Source: Gemmatimonadota bacterium (GTDB lineage: Bacteria > Gemmatimonadota > Gemmatimonadetes > Palauibacterales > Palauibacteraceae). From it: a DNA stretch of 59,614 nt. This document shows, in pieces, positions 45,422-54,804 of the stretch. The stretch lies in assembly GCA_039714435.1 (NCBI GenBank), contig JBDLJJ010000003.1, positions 1 to 59,614 of the forward strand. Direction: 5' to 3'. The notes beneath the pieces were generated by a model that made no database searches, was not told where the DNA came from, and saw only the letters and a list, made by a program, of their open reading frames with translations. The first letter of the stretch is position 1. Each line of letters begins with the position of its first letter. The position numbers and the translations under genes were made by a program.

Positions 45422-47644
45422 CTAAAGATTGGCCGCGGAAGCCAGAACGTCAACCGCAATCGCCCCGTCAGCGGTTGTAAATACTGGATTGAGTTCAACT
45501 TCCGTTAATTCATGATTGGCCAGAAAGTAGACTCCGAGACGCTGAATCAGGCGGATCAGAGACTTCAGGTCGGCGGGCGGACTACCCCGATAGCCCTGCA
45601 GGATGGGATAGAGGCGCAGCTCGGCCAGCATGTTCAGGACCTCGCGCTCAGCGACCGGCAGACCTCGGATCGACCTGTCCGGCCACACCTCGGCGGACAC
45701 GCCACCCGCCCCCACAACAAGGATCGGCCCATACTGCGGATCACGCCTGCAGCCCACCAGGAGCTCCGCGATCGGTGCGGCTAACTGCTCACAAATCAGA
45801 ACGCCGCGAAAGTCCGCCTCAGTGCCGGTTTCCCTCGCGAAGGTATCAGCTGAGTCGCGGATGCGTTCGAACGCTACCTCCACATCAACTGGCGTCAGGA
45901 GTCCCAGTGCGACCCCGCCCGCCTCGCTGCGGTGCAGAATCGTGGACGAGATCAGCTTCGCCACCGCCGGACCATCAAAGCTTCCGGCGGCGGCCACAGC
46001 CTCGGCACCCGATGTGCAAGCCTTGCCCGCCACGAGGGGCACGCCCGCCTCGGCAACCAGGCGCCGGCCTTCCGCCTCGTTGAGAGCTACCCTGCCCTCA
46101 CTTCGGGCCTGTTTGATTATCAGACTGGCTTCAGCGCCAGGCTCCGCAGCGCGTAACGGGTCCGGCGCGTCGGCGTCAGGCGAATTCGCGCCGTCCTCCT
46201 GCTGGTCCACAGCCAGGTATTCCCCCCTGGCATACAGGGCTTGAATGCAGCGGCCGGCAGTGTCGAGGGAGCCAAGGACCGGGACCCCTGCCCTGCGGAG
46301 GCGCAGCAGGGCAGCCGTGTTGTGAGCCGCGTACAGCGTATGCACCAACACGGGTACCCCCGCCTCGGCCGCGATCCGGCTCATGCGCACGGCCGCCTCC
46401 GTCTCCTCCTGCTCGAGCGACTCGTCAAACCGGATGGCGTATCCGCCGAATAGTCCAGTGAGGAGAACGCTCCCTACGGTGGACTCGGCCGCCACCACGT
46501 CCAAGCACTCAGGGAATACGGACATGTTCCTGTCCCCCGCTCCGGCCAAATCGACGGGATTACCAACCGCCGCAGCAGGACCGAGCAGCTCGCGAAGTCG
46601 TTCCTGACCTTCGGGCGACAACTCCGCCAGTCCCATACCGAGCTCCGCGAGCCGATCCACGGCGAGAGTGGCATGCCCGCCCCCGTCCGCAATGACCGCG
46701 ATCCCGTGGCTATCGTGCCCGCCGGGTGGTTGACCGCCCAGCGCCAGGGCCAGATCGAGCACTTGGTCAGATCTGGTGGTGATTGTGATGCCACGCTGTC
46801 TCAGGAGAGCTTCGAACACGTCGTATGACCCGGCGATGGCCCCTGTGTGCGACAGCGCCGCGGAACTGCCGCTATCCGACCGCCCGCCTTTCAGCACCAC
46901 TATCGGTTTGGTCCGGTTTACTCTCTCCGCGGTGGGAAAGAATGCCTGTGGGTCCGAAAAACCTTCCGCATAAATGAGGATCCCCCTGGTAGTCTCGTCT
47001 CGCTCGAGAAACTCCAGGTACTCATCGAATCGAACATCCCCTTCGTTCCCAACGCCAACATATAGGGACAGTCCGAGCCCACGGTCACGAAGCTGAGTCA
47101 TGACGTCGAGTCCCACATTGCCCGACTGAGAGAGCATCGCCAACGATCCCGCTCTTGGCGGCGGAGATCCAACAAGATTCAGGCCGATGGCCGGGCTCAG
47201 CACGCCAGACGTATTTGGACCGATGAGCCTCAGGCCCGACGCAGCGGCCGCGGACAGGACTTCTTCTTCCAGCGCCCGGCCCTGGTCGCCCGACTCCCGA
47301 AAGCCGACGGCGAGGACTATCGCTCCGGGAATGCCTCGCTCTCCACAGGCCCGTACGACGTCCGGGACACGGACCGCCGCGGTACAGATGAGAGCCAGGT
47401 CCGGTACGGCGCCCAGTTCGGCTACGGAGGGGGACACCGGGAGTCCGAGTAACTCCCCTCCGTCTGGATGCACCAGATAGATATCACCCGGATAACCGGC
47501 TTCCTGGAGGGCCCGGACCACTCGATGGCCTCGTTTGGTAGGATCACGGGAAGCCCCGACAATCGCCACAGAGCGTGGATGCAGGAGAGGCGTCAGGTCA
47601 GCGCTCATGCGAGCTCCATCCTGATCGAGCCCCTGAAGGCTCAC
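45422..47644 (-). CDS. Acetate/acyl-CoA ligase (ADP-forming) family protein
   Basis: SVAIVGAS, IGPNT.G, SQSG, VGNE.D, SHTGAIAG phospho-His, NPVDL, ATP-grasp C-terminus (ELNP). Confidence 0.9.
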   Translation of the reverse strand: MSLQGLDQDGARMSADLTPLLHPRSVAIVGASRDPTKRGHRVVRALQEAGYPGDIYLVHPDGGELLGLPVSPSVAELGAVPDLALICTAAVRVPDVVRACGERGIPGAIVLAVGFRESGDQGRALEEEVLSAAAASGLRLIGPNTSGVLSPAIGLNLVGSPPPRAGSLAMLSQSGNVGLDVMTQLRDRGLGLSLYVGVGNEGDVRFDEYLEFLERDETTRGILIYAEGFSDPQAFFPTAERVNRTKPIVVLKGGRSDSGSSAALSHTGAIAGSYDVFEALLRQRGITITTRSDQVLDLALALGGQPPGGHDSHGIAVIADGGGHATLAVDRLAELGMGLAELSPEGQERLRELLGPAAAVGNPVDLAGAGDRNMSVFPECLDVVAAESTVGSVLLTGLFGGYAIRFDESLEQEETEAAVRMSRIAAEAGVPVLVHTLYAAHNTAALLRLRRAGVPVLGSLDTAGRCIQALYARGEYLAVDQQEDGANSPDADAPDPLRAAEPGAEASLIIKQARSEGRVALNEAEGRRLVAEAGVPLVAGKACTSGAEAVAAAGSFDGPAVAKLISSTILHRSEAGGVALGLLTPVDVEVAFERIRDSADTFARETGTEADFRGVLICEQLAAPIAELLVGCRRDPQYGPILVVGAGGVSAEVWPDRSIRGLPVAEREVLNMLAELRLYPILQGYRGSPPADLKSLIRLIQRLGVYFLANHELTEVELNPVFTTADGAIAVDVLASAANL

Positions 47645-48450
47645 CGGCCCTCGAAGCGCGGATCCCTCTTCTCCTGAAACGCCTCTACACCCTCACGCCA
47701 GTCAGATGTCTCCATGCAACGAAGCAGCGCTTCGGCCTCCAGGTCCAGCACGGAGTCCAGCACCAGGTGGGGAGAGCGGTGTAGAAGATTCTTCGCGAGG
47801 GCCAACGACAGGGGCGCTTTGGCCGCCAGTTCCCTCGCTATCGAAAGCGCCTGGGCGAGCACCTGATCCGCCGGCACTGCCCGGTTCACCAGCCCCATGT
47901 CCAGCGCCTCCGCGCCCGTAAACATCGGGCACAGAAAGAGAAGCTCCCGGGCGCGAGCTCTCCCGACCACGCGGTCCAGGGTGGCCGTGACCCCTCCCCC
48001 CACGAACGTCCCCAGGCCGACTTCCGGAAAGCGGAGCTTGGCCCCGGACGCCACTACGGCCAGGTCGCAAGCGACGAGCAGCTCGAGCCCGGCCCCGATG
48101 GCGTGCCCGTTGGCCGCCGCCACTACGGGCACGGACAGTGTCTGGATACGGTGCGCCGCGGCCTGGGCCGCTTCCACATATGTGCGTTTGGCCTCGGCGC
48201 CACCCGAACCGGACGCATGCGCATCCAGGTCAGCGCCGACGCAGAAAGCCCGCCCGGCGCCGGTCAGAATGACGGCCCTAATTTCCGGGTCATCCGAAAG
48301 GGCGGCGAGTTCGGTGTCCAGAGCGCGGTAGAGCGGCAAGCTCACCGCGTTCAGACGATCGGGCCGGTTGAGAGTCACCGTCGCGATACTACCATCCCGG
48401 CTCACCAGAACCGGGGAAACACCAGTTTCTCTGTTTACGCTTTGTACCAT
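47641..48450 (-). CDS. Enoyl-CoA hydratase/isomerase family protein
   Basis: LNRPDRLNA, FCVGADL, NGHAIGAGLEL, PEV.LG, AF.EKRDPRF.GR. Start is uncertain. Confidence 0.92.
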   Translation of the reverse strand: MVQSVNRETGVSPVLVSRDGSIATVTLNRPDRLNAVSLPLYRALDTELAALSDDPEIRAVILTGAGRAFCVGADLDAHASGSGGAEAKRTYVEAAQAAAHRIQTLSVPVVAAANGHAIGAGLELLVACDLAVVASGAKLRFPEVGLGTFVGGGVTATLDRVVGRARARELLFLCPMFTGAEALDMGLVNRAVPADQVLAQALSIARELAAKAPLSLALAKNLLHRSPHLVLDSVLDLEAEALLRCMETSDWREGVEAFQEKRDPRFEGR

Positions 48451-48626
48451 CGACCTCGCCCCAGGGAGAATTTGGACAAGCTGCACATAGCCTTCCGTAG
48501 CGGCAACCGCAGTCCCACATCCGCGGCGGCTGGCGGTGACCCGGCAGACGCGTACCTTTTGCAGCTAGGCAGGACAGGTTCACCGGGCCATGACTACGGC
48601 TCTCCAAAACCTCTTCCGGAGTTTCT

Positions 48627-50756
48627 ATGGCGGTGACAGGCGGGCAGAAGCTCAAGAAGCAGTTGTCCCTGTTCGATGTCTATGCTATCGGTGTGGGCGG
48701 GATGCTGAGCGCCGGTTTCTTTCTGCTTCCCGGCCTGGCCGCCGCCCAGACAGGTCCGTCAGTGGTTCTGGCGTACTTCCTGGCCGCCGTGTTCGTCCTT
48801 CCTGCTCTGTTTAGCCTGGCCGAGCTCGCCACGGCTATGCCTCGAGCTGGCGGGCCCTACTATTTCCTCGATAGAAGCCTCGGTCCCATGGTGGGCACCG
48901 TAGGCGGCTTAGGCACCTGGCTTGTCCTGGTCTTGAAAAGCGCCTTCGCCCTCATAGCGATGGGCGCCTACCTGCAGTTGTTCGCTCACTTCGATATCAA
49001 GCCGATCGCTCTTGCTCTGACAGCTGTCTTCACGATCATAGCCGCAGTCGGCACCAAGGGGTCGAGTAATCTGCAGCGCGTTCTGGTGATCGCTGTTCTG
49101 GCTCTGATAGGTGTGTTCATTATCGCCGGAGTGGTCGCGGTGTTCGGAACCAGGGAGGTGGCGATCAGCGGGGCCGATTTCCGGCCGTTTCTTACCTTCG
49201 CGGGCGAAGGCCTGTTCGGTACGGTCGGCCTCGTATTCATATCGTACGCGGGCCTCATCAAGGTCGTGAGCGTTTCCGAGGAGGTCCAGAATCCGGACCG
49301 CAATCTTCCCCTGGGCATGGGCCTGGCTGTGCTCACCGCCTCCATCGTTTTTGTCTTGGGGGTATTCCTGATGGTGGTAGCGCTCGAGCCGGCTGAATTG
49401 CACGCTACGTACACGCCGGTGGTCGATGCTGGCCTGGCCTTCATGAACTGGCTGCCGAGACCCGTGGCCATCGGCCTGCTCGCTGCGCCCGCCCTGGCTG
49501 GACTGGCTGCGACGGGGAACGCGGGGGTGCTGGCCGCGTCCCGATACCCTCTCGCCCTGGCCAGGGACCGCCTGCTGCCCTCGCCTTTCGCATCGGTAAG
49601 TCGTTTCGGAACCCCGGTTCTCGGCCTTCTGCTCACCGCGGCCCTGATGGGATTGTCTATCTGGTTCCTGGACGTGATAACCGTCGCGAAGCTGGCCAGC
49701 ACGTTCCAGCTACTGATCTTTGCTCTGATCAGCCTGGCCGTAATCGTGATGCGGGAGAGTTGGCTGGAGGCGTACGATCCCGGCTTTCGGTCTCCTCTAT
49801 ATCCCTGGATGCAAATCTTCGGCTTGCTTGGCCCCATTCTGCTTATCGCGGTGATGGGCCTGATGCCTATCGTGTTCTCCATCGGCCTGGTGGGGATCTG
49901 TCTGGGCTGGTTCTTCTTCTACGCACGCGACAGAGTGGTTCGCGACGGGGCCGTCTTTCATTGGTTCGAGCGCCTTGGAGAGCGGCGCTTCGAAGGCCTG
50001 GACACCGAGTTGCGTGACATCATGAAGGAAAAGGGAGTCCGGGAGGGAGACCCGTTCGATGAGCTCATCGCGAGGGCCGCCGTTCTGGAACTGCCCGACA
50101 ACGCCACCTTCGAAGACGCTGTGCACAGCGCCGCCGAGTTGCTGTCCGAGCGCCTTCCCGTTGCGCCGGACAGACTGGCGGACGGTTTCCTGCGCGGGAC
50201 GAGGATGGGTGCGACGCCGGTGTCGCATGGGGCCGCCCTTCCGCACCTTCGACTCGAGGAGGCGGAATTTCCGCAGCTCGTGTTGGCTCGCTGCCGGGCA
50301 GGGCTCGCCATTTCGGTCGGCGATCAGTTTGCAGACGGCGCAGAACACGGAGAACGGGTATGCGCCCTTTTCTTCCTGGTCAGCTCGGAGGCGAATCCCG
50401 GCCAGCATCTCAGGCTGTTGGCTCAGATTGCGGGCAGGGTCGACGACGAGGGATTCATGGACGAGTGGCTGGCGGCGGAACACAAGCGCGAACTCAAGCG
50501 CGCGATACTCCGCAACGAGCGTTTTCTGTCACTCCGGATCGTCGCCGGTAAGGGGTCGGAATCTCTGATCGGCAAGAAACTCATGGACGTTGACATTCCG
50601 GAGGGTGTACTCGTCGCCCTCATTCGCAGGCATGGTGAGCATCTGGTACCGCGGGGCCAGACAGAGCTGCGTGCGGGAGACAGGCTCACGATAGTGGGAG
50701 ATCCGGTCGGCATCGCGTCTGTTGCCCGCCAATACGGAGGGCCCGGCGGTTCGTGA
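48627..50756 (+). CDS. APC-family amino acid permease fused to PTS EIIA-like and TrkA-C (RCK_C) domains
   Basis: APC core (AMPRAGG.Y, SYAGL..EEV.NP.RN.P), EIIA motif GAALPH, C-terminal LIRR...VPRG.T.L..GDRL. Confidence 0.88.
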   Translation: MAVTGGQKLKKQLSLFDVYAIGVGGMLSAGFFLLPGLAAAQTGPSVVLAYFLAAVFVLPALFSLAELATAMPRAGGPYYFLDRSLGPMVGTVGGLGTWLVLVLKSAFALIAMGAYLQLFAHFDIKPIALALTAVFTIIAAVGTKGSSNLQRVLVIAVLALIGVFIIAGVVAVFGTREVAISGADFRPFLTFAGEGLFGTVGLVFISYAGLIKVVSVSEEVQNPDRNLPLGMGLAVLTASIVFVLGVFLMVVALEPAELHATYTPVVDAGLAFMNWLPRPVAIGLLAAPALAGLAATGNAGVLAASRYPLALARDRLLPSPFASVSRFGTPVLGLLLTAALMGLSIWFLDVITVAKLASTFQLLIFALISLAVIVMRESWLEAYDPGFRSPLYPWMQIFGLLGPILLIAVMGLMPIVFSIGLVGICLGWFFFYARDRVVRDGAVFHWFERLGERRFEGLDTELRDIMKEKGVREGDPFDELIARAAVLELPDNATFEDAVHSAAELLSERLPVAPDRLADGFLRGTRMGATPVSHGAALPHLRLEEAEFPQLVLARCRAGLAISVGDQFADGAEHGERVCALFFLVSSEANPGQHLRLLAQIAGRVDDEGFMDEWLAAEHKRELKRAILRNERFLSLRIVAGKGSESLIGKKLMDVDIPEGVLVALIRRHGEHLVPRGQTELRAGDRLTIVGDPVGIASVARQYGGPGGS

Positions 50757-51445
50757 CCACTCTTCCGGCCATCTCGCTACCGGTCGCCGGTACCGGTGAG
50801 CGATTTCCAGTCGGGCGCATCTTCTGCGTGGGGCGAAACTATGCCGCGCACGCAGCGGAAATGGGGGGAGACTCGGAACGGGAAGCGCCCTTTTTTTTCG
50901 CCAAGCCGGCTGCCTCTATCTGGTCTGGGTGGGAGCGGGACGAGGACCTGCCCTACCCCGTCGCCACGAGCGAACTACACCACGAGGTGGAGCTGGTCGT
51001 TGCGCTCGGATCGGGCGCGGCCGGAGTCGCCCCGGGCGAAGCCCTGGATCACGTGTGGGGATACGGCGTCGGTGTAGATCTCACGCGGCGCGACATGCAG
51101 CGCGAGGCCAAGGAAAAACGGCGCCCCTGGGCGCTCGCCAAGGGTTTCGATCACTCCGCCCCGTGCTCGGCCCTCCATCTCGTCAGCGAAATCGGCCACC
51201 CATCCGCCGGAGCGCTGGAGTTGGCGGTGAACGGAGAAACTCGCCAACAAGGCAACCTGCGAGACCAGATCTGGTCGGTCGCTGAGACACTGGCTCACCT
51301 CTCCTCGCTGATCACCCTCCTTCCCGGCGATCTGATTTTCACCGGAACACCGGCCGGCGTCTCGGAACTCAGGCCGGGCGACGCGGTTTCCTGCCGGATC
51401 GACGGTGTCGGCGCGCTGGAGTTCAGGGTTGGGGAGCGGCCTTAG
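50753..51445 (+). CDS. Fumarylacetoacetate hydrolase family protein
   Basis: CVGRNYAAHA.EMG, HHEVEL, DLTRRD, AKGFD, GDLIFTGTPAGV. Confidence 0.93.
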   Translation: MTTLPAISLPVAGTGERFPVGRIFCVGRNYAAHAAEMGGDSEREAPFFFAKPAASIWSGWERDEDLPYPVATSELHHEVELVVALGSGAAGVAPGEALDHVWGYGVGVDLTRRDMQREAKEKRRPWALAKGFDHSAPCSALHLVSEIGHPSAGALELAVNGETRQQGNLRDQIWSVAETLAHLSSLITLLPGDLIFTGTPAGVSELRPGDAVSCRIDGVGALEFRVGERP

Positions 51446-51974
51446 CACCTCGCCTGAGCTTGAGAGCCACGCCAGTTACGGCTATTCCCACGAAGACCAT
51501 GAGCAGTCCCAGAGTGGAGATCACGGCCATGGCTCCCGCGGCCGGCTTGAAAAACAGCGCCAGCCCGAACAGCACGGACATGGCGCCCGCGAGCAACAGG
51601 AGCCACTCACCCTTCAGCACCGCCCGCAGCTCACGCGCCGCCTTGATCTCGAGCGCTCCGGCGGCCACAGCCCAGGTGGCGATCCAATACATCAAGCTCA
51701 GCGACGTGAGACCGGGCCAGAACATTACCGCCAGGCCGAGAACGACTCCCGCTACCCCGCGCGGCAACATGGCTGCCCACGCCGCGTGCGCTTTCTTGGC
51801 CCGGCGCGACACCAGGATGGCCATGATGCCGTCCACGAGTGCAAAGGCCCCGAATAACGTGATCAGGGTCTCCAGCACCGCGATCGGATAGCCTACCGTA
51901 ATCAGACCGAACAGGATCGCGAACAGTCCGCGCATCATGAGCATCGACCAGCACCGGCTGAGTCCTGCCTCCAT
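51423..51974 (-). CDS. HdeD/DUF308 family membrane protein
   Basis: W..L.MRG..AILFG...P...LFGAFALVDG pattern; 6 TMs. Confidence 0.85.
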   Translation of the reverse strand: MEAGLSRCWSMLMMRGLFAILFGLITVGYPIAVLETLITLFGAFALVDGIMAILVSRRAKKAHAAWAAMLPRGVAGVVLGLAVMFWPGLTSLSLMYWIATWAVAAGALEIKAARELRAVLKGEWLLLLAGAMSVLFGLALFFKPAAGAMAVISTLGLLMVFVGIAVTGVALKLRRGAKAAPQP

Positions 51975-51994
51975 GCAACCTCCTAGCGGCTTCT

Positions 51995-53077
51995 CTAGAC
52001 CAGACCGAATTCCTGTTTGAGGTCCGCCATTTCACGCATCATTTCGGTGACCAGGTTCTCCCGCCTGTCTTCAGGAAGAAACGAAGCCCTGGCCGCATTC
52101 AGCGCTAGAGTCTCGACCGTTTCGTGAGAAAATCCGAAAGCCTCAGCGGCCCGCAGAAACTCCTCGGTGAGCGTCGTCTCGAACATGGGCGGGTCATCTG
52201 AATTGATCGTCACGTACAGCCCCTCCTCCATGAGACGGGGCAGCGGGTGCGCCTTCATAGTCGGCGAGATGCCGAGGCACACGTTGCTGCTCGGACAGAC
52301 CTCCAGCGGAATCTGGCTCTCGCGCAGGCGGCTTACCAGCCTAGGATCCTCGAGGCAGCGCACTCCGTGGCCGATGCGGTCCGCGTGCAGCGCCTCGACA
52401 CAGCCCCTGACACTGGCGGCACCCATAGTTTCGCCCGCATGGGGCGCGCTCCGCAGGCCATGCCGCCTGGCGATGTCGAACGCCTCCGTAAACAGCTCGG
52501 GCGGAAATCCCACCTCAGGCCCTCCCAGACCCAGGGCTGAAACGCCGCTTGCTTGCCGTGTCACGGCCCATTCCGCTACGCCGACAAAGTCTTCGGGTGC
52601 CATATGCCGCGCGTAGTCGATCGTGTAGGACATGGTCACACCCCACTCCCGCTCCGCGTAGGCGGCGGCCCGATTGAGGGCCTCGAGCTGTACGTCATAT
52701 GACATACCATGGTTCAGCTTCTGCGTGAAACAGGTGTACGTAATCTCGGTGTGCTTAATGTTTTGAGAGGCCTGCTGCTCTAGAAACTCGGTCGCGATCA
52801 GTTCTATGTCCTCGGGTGTTTGCAGACATTGAACCAGAGTCAGGTAAATCTCAATGAAGTGGGGAAAGTCCCGGAACGTGTACCAGCGCCGCAGGGCCTC
52901 CGCGTCCGAAGCAGGAAGCTCCACCCGGTTACGGCGAGCCAGGACGAGCAACGTTTCGGGCCGAATGGCGCCCTCCAGATGCACGTGCAATTCCACCTTG
53001 GGCATTGCCCGAATGAAGCGCTCCAGCGGAATCACGCCTCCAGCCGGTCGGGCCGTGAGTAGAGTTCGACTTTCCAC
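51995..53077 (-). CDS. add: Adenosine deaminase
   Basis: PKVELHVHLEG, HAGE, RIGHG, EVCP.SN, NSDDP. Confidence 0.92.
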   Translation of the reverse strand: MESRTLLTARPAGGVIPLERFIRAMPKVELHVHLEGAIRPETLLVLARRNRVELPASDAEALRRWYTFRDFPHFIEIYLTLVQCLQTPEDIELIATEFLEQQASQNIKHTEITYTCFTQKLNHGMSYDVQLEALNRAAAYAEREWGVTMSYTIDYARHMAPEDFVGVAEWAVTRQASGVSALGLGGPEVGFPPELFTEAFDIARRHGLRSAPHAGETMGAASVRGCVEALHADRIGHGVRCLEDPRLVSRLRESQIPLEVCPSSNVCLGISPTMKAHPLPRLMEEGLYVTINSDDPPMFETTLTEEFLRAAEAFGFSHETVETLALNAARASFLPEDRRENLVTEMMREMADLKQEFGLV

Positions 53078-53688
53078 AGCATGGTGCCCCCAGTGAAGAC
53101 CTTCCGCAGTCCTTCGTTATGCACCCGTGCGGCAATCGACTCCGGATCATGAACGTAGGCCCGGAAAGGAATTCGCCTCAGCCAGTTCGACAGATTGAGA
53201 ATCTTCAGGGCCGCCCGCATGACAAGATTCGGCCGCGGAAATACCAGGCCGTACAATCTCCGCGCTTTGGAGGCTGACTTTCCCACCAAGGCGGGCATGT
53301 CCGGATAGCAGCACACTACCCGGTCCAGGGTGACAATGTCGGCCTCGGGAACTGACCCGGCGATGTCGACGAAATCTCCCAGTACATACTCGGATTTCTC
53401 CTCGTATCCTCTCAGGCTCGCCTCCTGCCGGGCCGCCTCCAGGTACGCCGAAGAGGCGTCCACCGAGGTCACGCTCGCAGCGCCCCAGTCCCCGGCAGCA
53501 TGCTGAATCGCCCCTATCCCGCCGCCAATGTCCAGCAGGGTGGAGGATTCTGCGCCGTGATCAAGCAGCGCGCCCAGGAGAATGCTGGTCGTGACCGACG
53601 CCCCTGACTTCCGATACTTCTTCAGGTCCCGGCGGGCCATCCGCTGACTAAACAGGGTGTCAGCTCCCTTACAGTGTGAACAGGTCAC
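53032..53688 (-). CDS. Class I SAM-dependent methyltransferase (BchM-like fold)
   Basis: LLDIGGGIG, VDAS, GDF, LDRVVCCYPD. GTG start at 53688 after GGAG is inferred. Confidence 0.85.
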   Translation of the reverse strand: MTCSHCKGADTLFSQRMARRDLKKYRKSGASVTTSILLGALLDHGAESSTLLDIGGGIGAIQHAAGDWGAASVTSVDASSAYLEAARQEASLRGYEEKSEYVLGDFVDIAGSVPEADIVTLDRVVCCYPDMPALVGKSASKARRLYGLVFPRPNLVMRAALKILNLSNWLRRIPFRAYVHDPESIAARVHNEGLRKVFTGGTMLWKVELYSRPDRLEA

Positions 53689-53767
53689 TCCGCTCTCCGC
53701 TGAAGTCGTTCTTTCTCGCACTGAGACACTGCCGGAACCCGAGCGATCACACAATAGCAGGAGCCAA

Positions 53768-53783
53768 ACTTCCTGCAGGAAGT
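53768..53783. promoter_or_regulatory. Perfect 16-bp palindrome, candidate operator/UAS
   Basis: ACTTCCTGCAGGAAGT, about 76 bp upstream of a -24/-12 motif. Confidence 0.45.
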
Positions 53784-53858
53784 ACAGAGCCGCGCAAGAA
53801 TTACTCAATCAGACCACAGGAAAGTGCTGATCGTGCTGGAATTACGGCCTGTTCGTTA

Positions 53859-53874
53859 TGGCACAGAAGTGGCA
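53859..53874 (+). promoter_or_regulatory. Putative sigma54 promoter
   Basis: TGGCACAGAAGTGGCA (GG-N10-GC). Confidence 0.6.
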
Positions 53875-53883
53875 TAAGAGGCT

Positions 53884-53990
53884 GAGCATAAGCGGGGCGA
53901 CTATAAAATGCTCCCTCCCCTCCTGATCACTTTCCTGGTGTTGCCAACCCGCGGCCGCTAAGGGAGTCCAGGTGAGGGAGGGGCTTTTTT
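53884..53990 (+). ncRNA. Candidate sigma54-dependent small RNA (about 105 nt)
   Basis: Starts about 11 nt after the -12 GC. Has a 5' stem GAGCAT/ATGCTC, a long stem CCCCTCC..TCAC..CTGG / CCAG.GTGA.GGAGGGG, then T6. No downstream plus-strand gene. Confidence 0.55.
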
Positions 53991-54018
53991 GTTGACGGCA
54001 GCTCGGACGAGCACTCAA

Positions 54019-54723
54019 CTAACCAGTCCGCAGCGATCCGATCGTGTCCAGGTACTGGGTCAGCTCTCTCTTCAGGGCTTCCAGGGATGGGAACTCGAAC
54101 AGAACCCGGTTGTGGCTCCACACCGCCTTGTCGTATCTGAGCACGGATTCCACCCGGAAGGGGCAAACCCTGGTCCTGCCCTCGACCATGCTGAGGAGCT
54201 CGTCGGCTCCTGAGATGAGACCGGCCCCAAACGCCGTACGGCGCCCGGATTCGTTCTTGACCCCGAACTCGGTCGAAAACCAGGCAAGCCGCTTGATGTT
54301 CTCGCGCTCACGCCGATCCGCGCACAGGAAGGCAGGCGCGAACAGCTCTTGCAGCTGCGCGTAAGCGGGATTCATGAAAAACGGCAGGTGGCCGAAGATG
54401 TCGTGAAACATGTCCGGCTCAGGCGTAAAGTCGAGCTCCTGCATGTCCCGCATATAGTCCGTGACGAGAAACTCCCGACGAGCGAAGTGTCCGTACCATG
54501 GTACGGCGTCCGTATAACGCACAGCGGTCCGAACCGTCTTCCAGCCTGTCAGCGGCTCTATCCGGTCGTTCAGATAGGAGAGGGACGGAACCCGGTCAGC
54601 CGGTAGCCTGAGGAGCTCCAGTCCGTCCAGATATTCGCGGCAGGCCCACTGCCGAACGCGTGGAAGCTGCCGTTCGTACAGGATGCGCCACGTCTCGTCT
54701 GCTTGCCGACTCTGCATCGTCAT
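54019..54723 (-). CDS. phhA: Phenylalanine 4-hydroxylase (pterin-dependent aromatic amino acid hydroxylase)
   Basis: TPEPDMFHDIFGH (two His iron ligands), W.S.EFG (Glu ligand), GAGLIS; bacterial catalytic-domain size. Confidence 0.88.
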   Translation of the reverse strand: MTMQSRQADETWRILYERQLPRVRQWACREYLDGLELLRLPADRVPSLSYLNDRIEPLTGWKTVRTAVRYTDAVPWYGHFARREFLVTDYMRDMQELDFTPEPDMFHDIFGHLPFFMNPAYAQLQELFAPAFLCADRRERENIKRLAWFSTEFGVKNESGRRTAFGAGLISGADELLSMVEGRTRVCPFRVESVLRYDKAVWSHNRVLFEFPSLEALKRELTQYLDTIGSLRTG

Positions 54724-54740
54724 CCTTGGGTTGTAGACAC

Positions 54741-54771
54741 AAAAAAAGAGCCACGGGGAGATCCGTGGCTC
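54741..54771 (-). terminator. Attenuator terminator upstream of phhA
   Basis: Minus strand GAGCCACGG-ATCTCC-CCGTGGCTC-TTTTTTT, ending 17 nt before the phhA ATG. Confidence 0.88.
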
Positions 54772-54804
54772 GGGTGCGCTGTCGCTCAGTATCGGTCTAC
54801 TTCG

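Noticed and set aside
53908-53990. Leu-rich 17-aa ORF plus terminator as a leu/ilv attenuator
   Set aside because: No plus-strand gene lies downstream to regulate; phhA is convergent.
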